A DNA stretch of 64,000 bases from Iphione sp. A-MEVVRFRX5 (Eukaryota). Shown one piece after another: positions 37,604 through 50,920 of the stretch (the stretch's first letter is position 1; every line of letters begins with the position of its first letter). Made by a program: the position numbers and the translations under genes. A model generated the notes under the pieces. It did not search any database. It was given only the letters and a program-made list of their open reading frames with translations, and was not told where the DNA came from. The stretch is from NCBI GenBank assembly GCA_976226885.1, contig OZ320316.1:97092001-97156000 (forward strand), given 5' to 3'.

Positions 37604-39599
37604 AGGGGGATTAGGATCAATCAGTGAACGTAATGAGAGACATACGAAGCCCAAAGGCTCTAGCGAGGATGGAAAGTGGGACCAACATGGTGGTACTGCG
37701 GATGAAATCGAAAGGTAGAGAGCATGACGAAAGCAAAGAGGTGGCGACAGTGACTGACAGGTAATTTACCAAAAGCTTCCCGGGACCAACAGAGAGATCT
37801 TTGTAAGGACACTGCAGCAACCCTCCACCCACCCCGTACAATGAGGGCCCGCTAATTCACCCGACGGAAGCAATGCTAGCCCTGGAGCTTGTGACAGGGC
37901 TAGCATTCCCTTTTGCCATTGATAAACCCTTCCACCAAGGCAAGGCGGCGTCACCGCTTTGATCACGGCCACTGGAGACCGTGTAACATCAAACATGACA
38001 GGAGGTGATAATACATGGGTAGTAGGAAGCGATTTGGGTGTTTTAGCCCCTTGATTTTGTCTTCAATTGCAGAATTCGCCCGTCATTGTTCACCCGTCCA
38101 CCACCGGGAACGGCCTTCCTGTAGTCACACTATTTCCAACAACCCTTACCTCCCAAACAAATTTCTGTAACGTTTGAAGTATATTTCAGTGACGGCGGTC
38201 TCATTACCGGCGCTTGATCGGCGTTCGGAGTTAAAAGGTTGCTTTTGTTATAGGTATGGTAAGAAAAAAAACACCTTTACAATACATCGACTAGAAATAC
38301 GTTACGCAGAAATGACATTTTGATAAACCCTTCCACCAATCCTTCCTTTCTGTCCTTCGTAATATGGATAAAAATAGTTCAGGAAGGAAATGAACTATTC
38401 AGGTTGGAGGAGTGTATTATATCACGGAAAATACAGGACACGGTTGAACAGCCTTACTAGTTAAACACACAACTATAGTGGGTATAGCTGAACAGGCCAA
38501 CTTGGGCTGGCAGAGTAGGTCCTTCTCTATTTTTATTTCCCTTTTGCCTGAGATTTTCCCATTTCAGCCACCTTTCTTGCTCCATCCCTACCCTTTTCCT
38601 CCTATTTTTTGAGTTACTTGTTTTCCTCTGGCCTTTTCCTGTGTTTGTGTGACATGTATATCTCTCCCTTCTCACTTTGCCTACTACTGTATAACAGCTT
38701 GGTGCCATGACTAACCATCTCCAGAACCCTTCGATGTTAGGGTTAGTGTTCATGTAACCATGTAATTCAATACAGTCACGTGCTTACAGATGCTTACAGA
38801 TACCTTACAGATGCTCTGGAGCACATACCAGCACGAATATAGATAGCAGTCAGATAAATGGTACCCAAAGTACTCATTTTATTGTGTGATTTATGAGATA
38901 CTGCCAGGATCCACATGCATATGCTGGTCACACGATCACGAAGCATGGACCATGAGACTGAAAGTTAAGAGACACTGCTCCACCATCATAATTCATCAAT
39001 GCATTTGGAGAAGAAAGGATCCTATCATGCGACTAGTGGGAATATTCAAACAGTCGTGAAGATAAAACCAATATTTTATAGCAATAACAGGTTATGCACA
39101 GTGTAAAGCAAAAAATAGGTGTGTTTCTGGTTATGACTAGCCAAAAACATGCTTCAAACTATGTGAAACTCGTTGTGCAATTCATCTCAAGTGAGACAAA
39201 GCACTGGTAGATAGCCAATCTCAAACAACCCTGTTAAGACTTAAAATCAAGTGCTTATTATATTCTACATCGCAATAATCCTAGTTGACATTCATTACTG
39301 AGTACATATAAGATAGGAGTTACACAAAAAAATGTAATACCACACACGGAGAAGAGCATCGTCACAAATGCCAACTTCACAGAGACAATTACCTGAAAAG
39401 TTTTTGAATGTGCACTTTTACTCCTCTCTAAAGGCTTACACTTCATTCTTACAACTTTACACTATACATACACAGTTTTCCTTTTATTTCCCAACGCAAT
39501 CCTTTATTACATTCAGCAGGTCAGCCTTTTAACAAGGAGAAGTCCGTTTGCATTGGTATGCACTTATTATTTCCCACAGGCTCCTGTGGGTCACGCACA

Positions 39600-40022
39600 G
39601 AGGTGACCTTTGCGCTTGCGTTTTCCTTGTAGGAAAATGATGGGAAAAAGGACGAAAATGATGCTAAAAGCCGTGAAAATCGGATAAAATGAGGGGACAG
39701 ATGATGAAAAATGCAAATATGACGCTAGAAGCCGTGAAAAATTGTGAAAATCGTGTAAATTACAGTTAATGACAGTAGGCCTAAATGACAGTAACAAGTG
39801 AAAAAATATGAAGCAATCGCAATGCGTTGGTGTGCAGGTGTCCGGAAAATTATCGAACAGGTATCGAAAATGGGCAATGCAGGCAAACACGTGCAATCGC
39901 ACACGGACGCTTTCCGCAATCAAAGGAAACCCCACAATGATAGTCATCATTTCATGCAGATCGGACGGGAATGAACGGTAGTGCACCGGGACACTCCCGC
40001 AGGTATGGAAACCGGGTCTTAG
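39600..40022. mobile_element. Probable truncated non-autonomous DNA transposon
   Basis: CpG-bearing block with internal repeats (aaaatgatg, aagccgtgaaaa). The right end ggtatggaaaccgggtctta resembles GGCCCGGTTTCCA-type TIRs next to TTA/TAA; no matching left TIR was found. Confidence 0.25.
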
Positions 40023-40507
40023 GGGACGGATTTGGGTGACTTTGGGAAGACAGGTCGAATCGGGTATTGCTACATCACTCGTTGCTCAGTTAAACAATTG
40101 TTCACATTAATATATTGGCGATAAAAGTACAAATTGCATAGGCATGAATATTTTCAGAAACTTCCTGTTCCCCAAAATACACTGACTTTGCAGCTTTAAC
40201 ATTATATCCGTTTGCTTAGATTTCGAGGAAAAACTATGTAGATGCCGTACAGTTTAACGACAAGGTAAAACGAACCTAAGGGGAGGCCTTTTCCTACCGA
40301 ATAAAATTCGCATCAGTGCATTTAATGTATTTTTGCAGGTATCATGGTCACAGAGCGGAAGTGATCCATGCGCATGCACTGCGAGGAATGTCAGGAAAAG
40401 GGAGATAAACCGAGACATTTGAGGATTGGTATGCCTGTTGACCTTAGAAAGGTTACAAATAATGTGTGTGCTCACTTGTATTGACACTAATGCACACAGA
40501 CAGAAGG

Positions 40508-40510
<3 letters not shown>

Positions 40511-40543
<33 letters not shown>

Positions 40544-40548
40544 TAAGA

Positions 40549-40593
<45 letters not shown>
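40511..40593. repeat. Interrupted (GA)n microsatellite
   Basis: Direct reading of the sequence. Confidence 0.95.
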
Positions 40594-40596
<3 letters not shown>

Positions 40597-43509
40597 ACGT
40601 AAGAGAGGGATAACATAGATAGGGGGTTAGACAGAGATTGAGAGAGAATGTCTTGGAGAGAGGGAAAGAGAGAGGACATCGGAGTGACCTAGAGGTAAAG
40701 GAGATGAAATCAAAGACAGAATCAAACAGCTACTGAGGGATATACATGTAAACACAATGAGAAAGATGAGAGGACAACGTGGTCTGCCGTTGAGATAAAT
40801 GTGTATTATATGTACACAGACAGATAGAAAGGTAGAACAAGAGAGGAATTAGAGACAAGCAGAGTAAGGGGAAGAGATTGTAGGGACATTGATACAACAA
40901 GATAGTTTACAGAGATGTCTATAGAGAACGATAGGAAGAGAAGTAAAGTGAAACAGATAGATACTAGAAGAATCAAAACGAGAGACAGGGATAGGGAGAT
41001 TGGAAGAGGCATCAAGACTGACAGAGAAACACAGAAGGAGAGAGATACACAGAGAAAGGATAGAGAAAAGGATGGAGAGCAGGGCAGGGAGGTTGATGAA
41101 AGACAGAGACACTGAGAGAGAAGCGGGTCATATGAGGAGAGGGGAAAAAGGAGGAAAATTGAAGAAACAAGCTCGATTGAGACTTTGCCAGCCATAAAAG
41201 GAATCATTCCAATGACTCAAAAGTAACACAGCCCGTTTGGTGACCTTCAGTGTCCTTGGGAGGCCTACCTCATGCCAGTCACGTGAATGCGCAGATTGCA
41301 TCGCCATTTGTAGAGAGAGCACCGGACGGTCACATGTCGCCGCCATTTTGAATTATCTCTGCCACAAATCAGTTTGTGTTCCATGTTTACAATGGGCAGT
41401 TGATCCCACCGAGCACATGGTTACCCACTTATGAGAAAAGATTATAAATCATGGGAGAAAATGCACAGTTGCGATAGGTGCTGTATTTCATAAGGATGCA
41501 TAATGATTATCATTTGTTATTGTTCACTAAATATATATGTTTCCATCAGAACCTACGTAGAGAGTGGGAAAGAGACTGAGGGATTCAGATCAAGGGGAAT
41601 GAGTAGGCAATATGTTTTCAAACTGGATGGAAATATAAATGAGGTATATAAACAGACTAAATTGGACCTCAAAGACCAGAGGTTTACCATGACCTACAAG
41701 ACTCGTACAAGAGTCTAAGTAATACATACATACATGCATACATACATACATACGATACATACATACATCATGACAATCCTTGCACTGAAAAAATACATGT
41801 ACACAAAAGCGCACACCTCGTGAAACGAGGCAAACATGTACAACATGGTGCAACCATGTCTGTGATGTCTTGGCAGATGAAGACAGTTGGGATAGAACCC
41901 AGTTGTCAGGGAGAGGAGAAGGATCAATATGGGTCATTTAGGTAACTATTCCATGTCCATTGTGATGTCATTATAAACAAAAGATGGTTTTTGCTTAAGG
42001 CTGACATTTTTTAGACCTGACTCAGGTGTCAGGTCATCAAATTACGGTTTCGACATCGTAGTCTCATCAGGCACCATTAATATTGTATTTTAAAATTGAC
42101 AGTTGGTCACGGTGTCAGCCAAGATGGCTGAACTTGACATGTGGGCTCTTGGGTTGCCCTTGGTGGGTTAGGGTCCAAGATAGGCTAGTGTAGGGTCACT
42201 TGTTTACCTGTATGGCCATCTGGGGCGGCAATAGGGCTTTAAATGCGCTTACTAGCATGTGTGTTTCATGGCTATGCGCCTTGATCATCCTATGTACCAA
42301 CTGTATCACACCTAATGGTGTGGCTCCTTGGAGTGTGTGGTTATATGGTCCAGTAGGGGCCACTCATTGCAGGTAAAAGGTCAATTTTTATAAACGTGGC
42401 TAGGTTTAAAAAAAACAAAACAAAAAAAAACAACAAAAGCACACACCTATCCAGACTTCACCATAATCTACGTAGGGACATTTCCATGGAAGGGCACGAT
42501 CCACACACATATGTATACAGGATATTAGGGCTTTGAAGAAGAGTTAACCATAAGCGATCCAGTGAACTGGTAGAAAAGGGTCCTATACAGAAAGCCCGGT
42601 GTCAGCATACGAATGAGGGGTAATTGGATGGAGGTGGAAGCCAGGAGGGAGAGAGTGGGTTCGTTGTGAACAGTTAATGGAGATAGACTAGAGGGGATAG
42701 AATTAAGATGAGGATGCGACAGAGAAGGGTACCAAGTAGCATAAGAATTGAACCAGGAAGTTGTCACACAGGGGATGAGTGTGTACCTGAACATGGGGGA
42801 GTCAGAAGGAAGGGTGAGAACAGACTACAAGTAGTAGAGGAAGATGCGAAACGTAGGGAAGGAGCGCATTAAAGTGAAAGGGTGGCAACAATGTAAAGAT
42901 GAAGGAAAACCACACGGGACGGAGATGGAGAGAGAGAATAGGCAAAAATTAATGGAAATATGGTAAATAACTAGATAAGAGAAAAGATGGGATGAAGAGG
43001 ACAAGTCGAGTTCCTAGGTTCAGCGGGAGTAAGGGGAGGATAGAAAAGGGGTCAAGTTATTCTGGAGGTAGATCGTGTAACGCAGTATTTGCGTTAGTGG
43101 TAATATTAATCCCATAAGAAAACACTATGCCACAATTGAGATAACACTTTGTAAGTATTATGCCATAAAAAGATAATGCCTTAGGTTTGGGATAACATTG
43201 TATTTCAAACAAACATTACAGGTCGAAAAGGGAATTAGCAGAGTACAGGGTAATAAAAAATGCAAAGTTGATGTGCAGACATGAGAATTAGCACTACTAA
43301 GTGGAGTTGTCAGGAAACTGCTTATGAAGTGTTGAAAGGTAACATGTGGCATGATCATATATCATGGGGTCATGACTCGGGGTCAGGAGTTAATTTGAAA
43401 TTTACCTAGGAGTGAATCAGGTCAGAATCCAAAGATTTGGCTTGTATGTGTCTACTCTGCCAAAATCAACATTAATTAATCTGGAAACGTGAGTTGTCCT
43501 GAGTAGTAC

Positions 43510-44141
43510 TGTGTAACAACAGAGATATACAGAGGGAGAATTTGGAGGTGTGTAGTGTAGGCTAAAGCCTAGGTTTAGTTACACTGCTTATGACAGGGGT
43601 CACTGAGTGCAGTACTTAGGGTCAATGAGTGCAACTTTTGATGCCACTGTCATGTACATTGAGAGGTCAATGAGTGCATTTTAGTGACCTCATGGAAATT
43701 TCCACTACTGTGTTAGGGTGATGTGATTGGTTGATGAACTAGTGGAAATTTCCACTGCTAGGGTGCTCTACTCTGATTGGCTGGTGGGAGATCACCCCAC
43801 CTGTCCATATTAGGTATTGCAACTGTGATTGGTCATTGAGAGATCACCCCATATCTCCTAATATGGGGGGAGCTCTCTGATTGGTTGAAAACATTCTATG
43901 ACTTGTTACTTTGTATCTTTTATAAGGAAAAGTGTACTGATTGGCTGAGAACATTCTTTCTGACATGATACATTGTTGCAATTAATGGAACTACATTCTG
44001 ATTGGTTAATCAGTGAGGCTAGGCCTCTGATTGGTGGAATAACACTCAGAAGGGCTATATAAACAGTGGTTTTGGAAGGAAATAAACAGTTTGGAACCAG
44101 CAATTGTGGTGTTCACAGCAACTTTATTGGTCCACTTTACA
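43510..44141 (+). mobile_element. Probable solo LTR (632 bp)
   Basis: TGT...ACA termini flanked by GTAC on both sides (43506-43509, 44142-44145). Seven ATTGG boxes precede TATATAAA (44056-44063) and AATAAA (44081-44086), a U3-R-U5-like order. Confidence 0.55.
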
Positions 44142-45065
44142 GTACGAAGAAGGGTTATTTATACATTCTTCTTCAAAAGGTATGCTGTGTAGAAAGGTTT
44201 ATTGTAAATTCAAGTGCACATAATCATATCAAATGCCACAGTACATGTAGTTGGAATTGATTTTTATGCTTTCAGGAAGAAATCACACCCAGAAAAAAAC
44301 GTCATTTTATATATTATGAAGATATGGAATGAAGATTTTTTCTTCAAATGTACAGGTTGATTCGTTCTCTTACTCTGTTTACCTCTCCTTTTGACTTTCC
44401 TCCTTCATTTTCCCTTCCCTGTCCCTACATATCTGTTCATTCATCACTCACCACGGAAATGAATTCATGGTACTATGGAATAAGACTGACTTGCACATAC
44501 ATGCATTCCCGAAAGACCAACAGGTATCCTGACCTACAATAGTGAACTTTTATTACCAATAATTAATGTTAAATGTCGACAAACTTCAGTGTTCACGCTA
44601 CATGCAATTTCTCTCTCTTTTTTTCTAGCAAGGTTGCCCCAAAGTACCCAAGTGATCAAGTTCCCATTTAAAATGTATAAGCAAGGTGGTCGGTCCGGTC
44701 CCCATAGCATGATGTCGTCAGATGGGTAAATGGTTGCCTACAATACTTTTTTTAAACCAACGCAGTCGCAACATAGACAGAAATCATTACTAATTCTGGT
44801 CGCCCCTAACAGGGTCCCATCTCACCATCCCCGGACTCTCTGCGGCTCCGGCCTCTGAAATGATTATGTGCGAGTTACTCTGAGCAGACCGGAGTCGGTC
44901 GGAGTTGTCCCCTGTATACATTAATTACTCGGGCAAGGATATGCACTAACCACTTGTTGTATAGTGGCAATCACCTTTAACAATAAGCATATGACCTATG
45001 ACATGGCCCTCTAGCTCTAGAATTGAAATGACAACTCAGCAATACTTGATCAGACCATACTGATC

Positions 45066-45223
45066 CAGGCCCGTAGCCAGGAAGTTTTGTGGGGTGTATC
45101 GGACGATACCCCCGATACCACAGGGGTGGAACTATTTCTTTTCTATTCCCATAAAAGCCAATCGATTAATTGCTCTGGGGGGTATCGGGTAATACCCCCG
45201 ATACCCCCGTGGCTACGGGCATG
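45066..45223. mobile_element. 158-bp MITE with CAGGCCCGTAGCCA TIR and 5-bp flanking duplication TGATC
   Basis: Left caggcccgtagcca and right tggctacgggcatg match at 13/14 positions; tgatc at 45061-45065 and 45224-45228; internal 12-bp inverted repeat gggggtatcggg/cccgataccccc. Confidence 0.75.
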
Positions 45224-45904
45224 TGATCTTAACATGGTAGAATGTTAATTTCAGAACTGTGGCAATTTCGGAACTCTCTTGCCTGCTGTAATTGAAGTAT
45301 GATGTCTTAATAGCACGGGAATGATAGCGGTGAAGGATACGAACTATCAAACGAAAAGTGGTGAGAGGAAAGCAACAAAGTGTAAAAATAAAGGAAGAAT
45401 GGAGTGAGACAGGTAAGAAGAGTTGAGTAGGGCGAGTCTGATAATATGACCTTGACAGTGGGTGCGCGCGCTGGTTTTAATCAGGTGGAGACGTCTGACG
45501 GGCAGTAAGGGCATCGATAAACTTCACTTCCGGTGACGCATTAGGGAGCCTAGTACTGACCACGCCGGATGTTGTATTGCGCATGTACATGTTCTGGCGA
45601 GCACGTGTCCGGATTAGAGCGCAGCTCACCCGGGATGGTGGTGTATTATCCCCTCTGAGAGAGGATCGCTGTGAAGAAATAATGGCAATAATAACATCCA
45701 AGTATAGATCGACCTACTATTCAGTCTACTCGTTAAACGTAGGCGAAACACAGGGTGGTAAGAGGAATAAAGAGGAGTAGTTGACATTACACGCGGCACC
45801 CCAACAGAGAGAATACAAATCACCCTAGTGAGCCCATCGCGTACTGCGCATGTGGACACAGGACTTAGTGGTTCAGCCATTAACAGTGCCTCACTGAATA
45901 ATTC

Positions 45905-45944
45905 TTCTTGAATATTCAAGATTCAAGATTCAAGATTGTTTATT
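45905..45944 (-). mobile_element. 3' tail of an L2/CR1-type LINE or SINE
   Basis: Minus strand reads AATAAACAA(TCTTGAA)3, a short tandem tail following AATAAA. Confidence 0.45.
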
Positions 45945-47034
45945 AATCAAGTCATCGCGCGCAATTGCACAAAGTTCTCCGTGATTAACAAGAAAAATGA
46001 ACACTCGAAAATATACAAGATTATTGTGATCAATACATCGTCAATGGAAAAACAAAATAGGCAAGATATACAAGATACGCGCATTCCTCACAGTACAACC
46101 TGAGTAAGTGCACTTGGGTACTTGGATTAAACCTCAATTCGTAAACACATAACATCTGGAAAAACTATCTGCAGGACTATGGTCACAGACTTTTGGTAAT
46201 CAGTATTATTACAAAATTTAAGACTTGGTAATGGACAATCACAGATATACCATATCACAGATGGGGACACTTGTGTCGCATATTAAACTTGAATAATGCC
46301 GAGCATGATAAACATACATGCAATTCATTTATGGTTGAAGAGTTGGTATACATCTTCCCCATCTAGACACTAATGCCAGGTGGTGAGAGCTTAAGTTAAG
46401 TTACATTTTAAATCTCGTGTCTCGATTAGTTTGCCTTAGAGGCCACAACTATGGTATTCACATCCACACAGCATTCTGAACTTCGGTTAGTGCTAACATT
46501 AGTACGAGTATCACAGATCACGCATATGTCTAGTGTCACAGAACTGAACTGGACGCGATCCAAGATCAATGGTTCTACATTAACACTTACACCACAAAGC
46601 ACATGGGTGGCAAGCATATCTCTATTCCCTGAGTACTATAGCTCGTAAGCAGGGATACTCCTGGTTGTACCTTCTCTGCCACCCGGCCCGCTAGCTAGCT
46701 GCATGCATAAGGATATCTCAAAGACGAAACAGTTTTTATACACCTCCCAAACCCACCCACCCTGCAGAACCCACACTCTTTATGAATAGCTACCTGATTA
46801 TTATAGCCCTTTACCCTATATTCTGTACAATACCCTCAAGTCCTATCTCCAAACATAACGTGTACATTAAGCCCTCCCTCAGGGACCTATCTACAAACGT
46901 CCAATTGGACCCTCTGGCCTTAATTATCACCCCCTTCCTGTTGCTGGATAGTGCCTAATTTACGGCCTCAACCCACTCACCACACAGGAAATGATTGACC
47001 AATAAAGGCCCACTGCAGTTGCAGTAACATCCCT

Positions 47035-47720
47035 TTAATGCAAGGCACCATCATCCCCCACTGCGGCTTCCCTTAAGTGGTGACGAACCCTATCACGGTT
47101 CAAACGGGGGGCATTCTTCATAGCAGTTGGAAGACAATTCCATTTTCTAATCCCCTCATATAAGATACTCCTTGAGAACCAGCTTGATTTTGGTTTAACC
47201 AATTTGCCGTTAAGACACATGCTCCTTCTGGTATTGCCTCTCCCAGAGAACTGCAGTCCCCCAGCTCTCAGTTGGTTATGTACCGCTATTAGCCCACGCT
47301 GATTGATAATATCCTCCACCCGTTTAAATCCAAGATCGTCCTTGATTTTCCTAGCTGAAAGAAAATGGCTGCATTGTACACACACACGAATGCAGTTGTT
47401 GAGGTGCACCTGCAGCTTTATCTTCACGCCAATATATGGCGTGTTATTTTTCAAAATGGTCCTGAAATCAACATACCACCACTACGCTATAACCTGATCC
47501 AGTTTTGTTGGCTTGCCATCGCAAAAGGAACAGCAGGACCATATTAAAAGTTACATGGTTATGGTTCAAAGAAGCACACTTGAAATTAAAAGCTGGGCTT
47601 TCATTTTCCCCTTGGCTTCCCTGGATTCTGTAACAGAAACAACAGTATTTACCTGCGTGTTTATCATCAATCTGCAAGAGTCCAATTATGGCGAGTTTCA
47701 ATTTGGGAGGTTAGTCCAAG
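47035..47720 (-). mobile_element. 5'-truncated, decayed LINE ORF2 C-terminus (CR1/L2/Crack-like)
   Basis: ORF 47035-47454 contains LGFKRVEDIINQRGL...LVKPKSSWFSRSILYEGIRKWNCLP, resembling the post-RT 'F..R.i..WN.LP' region of LINE ORF2. Upstream frames are broken. Confidence 0.55.
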
Positions 47721-49559
47721 AGTTTTAATCACATCAGTGCCTCGCCTTCATCGAGTTGGGATTATATTGGAGTTCATTTAAGCCGTGGCCAGGAATTAAA
47801 ATGGGTGGCCGCCGTGCGGTGAATGATCCAATCAGCGGAGCGTTGTTGGGTGGGAGTGGGGGGGGTGGGGGGAAGTTTGCTTAGGGAGGGGGACAGGGAC
47901 CCACTCTCGGGAGGGGATTCCTTCTAATTAACAGAAGGAACACACAACAGACGAAGACAACAAATATGCGAAGGGGGAAAAGGCAGGGGAACTTATCAAA
48001 AGGACTTGAAATTTCTGGTCGAAGAATTTCCGGCGAAATGTCTGGTGAGCTGGCAATATAATTGTCCTATCGTTTGGCACACTGCTGCAGGTTTGAGGGC
48101 AGCAAAAAAGCCACAAAGTAGAGTAAGACTTTAAGATGCAAAGTATACTATGGACTGTAATTTTAATTGCAATGCAATAATTTAATTTATACCTAAATAG
48201 CATTGAAAATGTTGAACGTTATATTTTTTAATGATAAAGCTCACAGCGAATACGCTACAGGTCCCTCTTGTCATATGAGGTAGGCTATTTTAAAATCCTT
48301 ATCAGTCACGTATATGCAAAATCACACTTACGGGACCCAGACGGATTGACGTAAAGTCCCCATGCTAACACTTCGTGAAGTATAACTGATCTATGTCTGT
48401 AAAGACAGGTGAAACTTATATGGCATTATCAATTAAGGAGTAGCCAGTCACTGTTGGAAAGAATCTTTCCTATTTTCTTATCTCGGGAGTAAGTGTAGGC
48501 AATATATCAGCGCGGTTCTTATACTGTCTCGTCATGATATGCATACCTGATAGTACTTCCGCTGTCTATCATGTCCACCAGGTTTGTTACCCAGGGAAAT
48601 TGGCAAAATCAAGGCCGATCTTCCGAGAAATCAAGGCTTATATGACTGGTGGCTTTGAGTGACATACTCCACCGAGGAACACTGTCCCACAGACTAGCGC
48701 TTCTTGGGGCTCTAGCCTGAAGAGTACATTCAGTCAATAGCCCCCCTGCCTTGTGTAGGTACATGAATAGGCATTAAGCCACTTGTTGCACCAGAGAATT
48801 TTACATCCCACCATTGTGGTATCTGTGGAGCGCATATTGAGCTTGTTCAAGAGGATAACTATTGAGCAACTTACCTCTACAGCTGTCTAGTTGCACTGGG
48901 GGTATTTGTAGCACCTGTTGCATTGGTTAAGGAGGAGGGAAATGAAACAAATTGTCCCGGATACTCCTGCTATTTGTGGTATTACCAAACAGTCTCCACT
49001 GGACAAAGAAGAACCGTATTGAACGAATTATCTGTCCAGCATATTTTACTGGGGGCTTGGGGCCACTTTCAGCACTGGACACAGGGGACACACGCTTGGA
49101 CTAATAGGCCTATAATGCTTCCCTGTCCCTCTCAATTGCTCAGTTCATGTGCTCCAAATACTCTCTCCGTACGGAAAGGTAAAGAGCGGAAGCTAAGGGT
49201 GGGGGATGTATAAAGATGAGATATATACAACTGTTGCGACCTCTATGACGTCAGAAGCAACCCTTACCCTGACATCATTACGACGGACCTGATAGTCCAG
49301 TAGCTTCGTTACCACGAGATTAATCAAGATCAGCCCGGAAATGAAATGTGACCAGGAGAAACATCATAAGTCAGATGATAGATGATACCATCCTGGTAAT
49401 GGCGAACCAATGAGACTGACGGACAGAATGTAAGGTAATTTATACGGTACCCATAGACATAAAATGAGCTCAGAGATGAAAGTAGACCCTATAGGATAAA
49501 CACAAACCATGGCGTAAGCTACGAGGTGTTACTGACCCAGGCTGGATTTGGAGAGATTG

Positions 49560-49960
49560 TATAGGGAACGAAAAGACAAAGACAGTTCGAAGGGTAAGCC
49601 CAGAAGCATGGATAACCCAGGAGATATAGACAGATTCTAGGATGATGTAAATGTCATGGACAGAGTGTAGAAAATGCCAGAGATCAAAAGATTCTTCGAT
49701 GGTTTACCCGTGACACCCTAGAGTGGTGTAAGAGACACAGACTTCAGGAAAGAAGGGATGAGATATGGACAGTTTCTATGGTAGCTTGAGAGACAGGACA
49801 GACTCTAGGCGTACATGAGAGACATTGTCACAGATTATAGGTAAAGCTATGAGATGTAGATAAGGTCGTGGATGAGGTAAGAGAAATGAACAGAGAGAAA
49901 GATGGGATCACAAATACGGACAGATTCTAGGGTAGGCTGACAGGCAAATACAGACTCTAA
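49560..49960. repeat. Degenerate minisatellite (gacagattctagg motif); related block at ~51100-51400
   Basis: gacaga(t/c)t(c/a)tagg recurs about 8 times. Confidence 0.6.
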
Positions 49961-50780
49961 TTTGACCTAAGGCCTACTAAAAAACATTTGTGTTTCAGTG
50001 TAACCTGACTGAGGCCTAATAAAATACCTGTGTTTCCGACAACATGTGACAAATGATGGCGTCAGTAAGTAAGTGTTCCTTTTTTCTTATTGCTAATTGA
50101 TGGTTAAAGTAACCAATCTATATGGTAATATAACTTCTACTGCTAAGACTTTGTTTTAAGTAGTACCATATGAAAGCTTAAACCATAAGAAAGAAAATGC
50201 TGTATTGCATAAAGGAAAAATACAGACTATTTTTAAGTAGGTCTGACCTTGATTTTGGTGATAATGAAACTTTAAACTTTTTTATTGTATCGTGAGTATC
50301 TCTTGAATGGATTCTACAGACTCATACTGTACATCATATTGTTTCTTTCATCATTAGTTTTCATATGATAAATATTTCATTAAAATCTAATTAGTAAAGT
50401 GACGGTATCGAGCTTGAAAAGTATTATCTTTTTCAATCTGAAATTTGTATGGTGAAAATAACACAGATATGTTTTTGTGGGCCTAAGGCTGGCTTTCCAC
50501 GCATCCGGAACTTACCTCCAGAGTCTGGGCTGTGTGGTGTGCAAAATAATGATGCTATGATAGTCTACACAATTATTTCCTTGTATACGTCTGTGTGCTG
50601 CATGCTGCATAGACCAAAAACGGATATGGACCGTAAACTTACACTTTTTCTGCACTGCAGAGACCCTCACAGAGCAGTAGCATTATGCAGATGGATGTTT
50701 CCAGCTGGATAGACACTGTCTATCACATGATAGATGATGTGAAATATAATCTAATTTGCATATATTTGCATTAAAAAAAC

Positions 50781-50920
50781 TTGGTTACACAGATTTGGAC
50801 AGAATTCATCGAGATCTATGCCAAAAACTTATAGTTTACACAGATTTGGCTGGAATTCCTCGAGATCTGTACAAAAAACTTGCAGTTTACACAGATTTGG
50901 TCAAAATTCCTCGAGATCAG
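50781..50920 (+). repeat. Three tandem copies of a 51-bp unit
   Basis: ttacacagatttgg at 50785, 50836 and 50887 (exact period 51). Confidence 0.9.

Noticed and set aside
45066-45223. Transib/ProtoRAG-type element (5-bp TSD)
   Set aside because: The termini start CAGG rather than CAC, there is no heptamer-nonamer structure, and no RAG1-like ORF is in the window.
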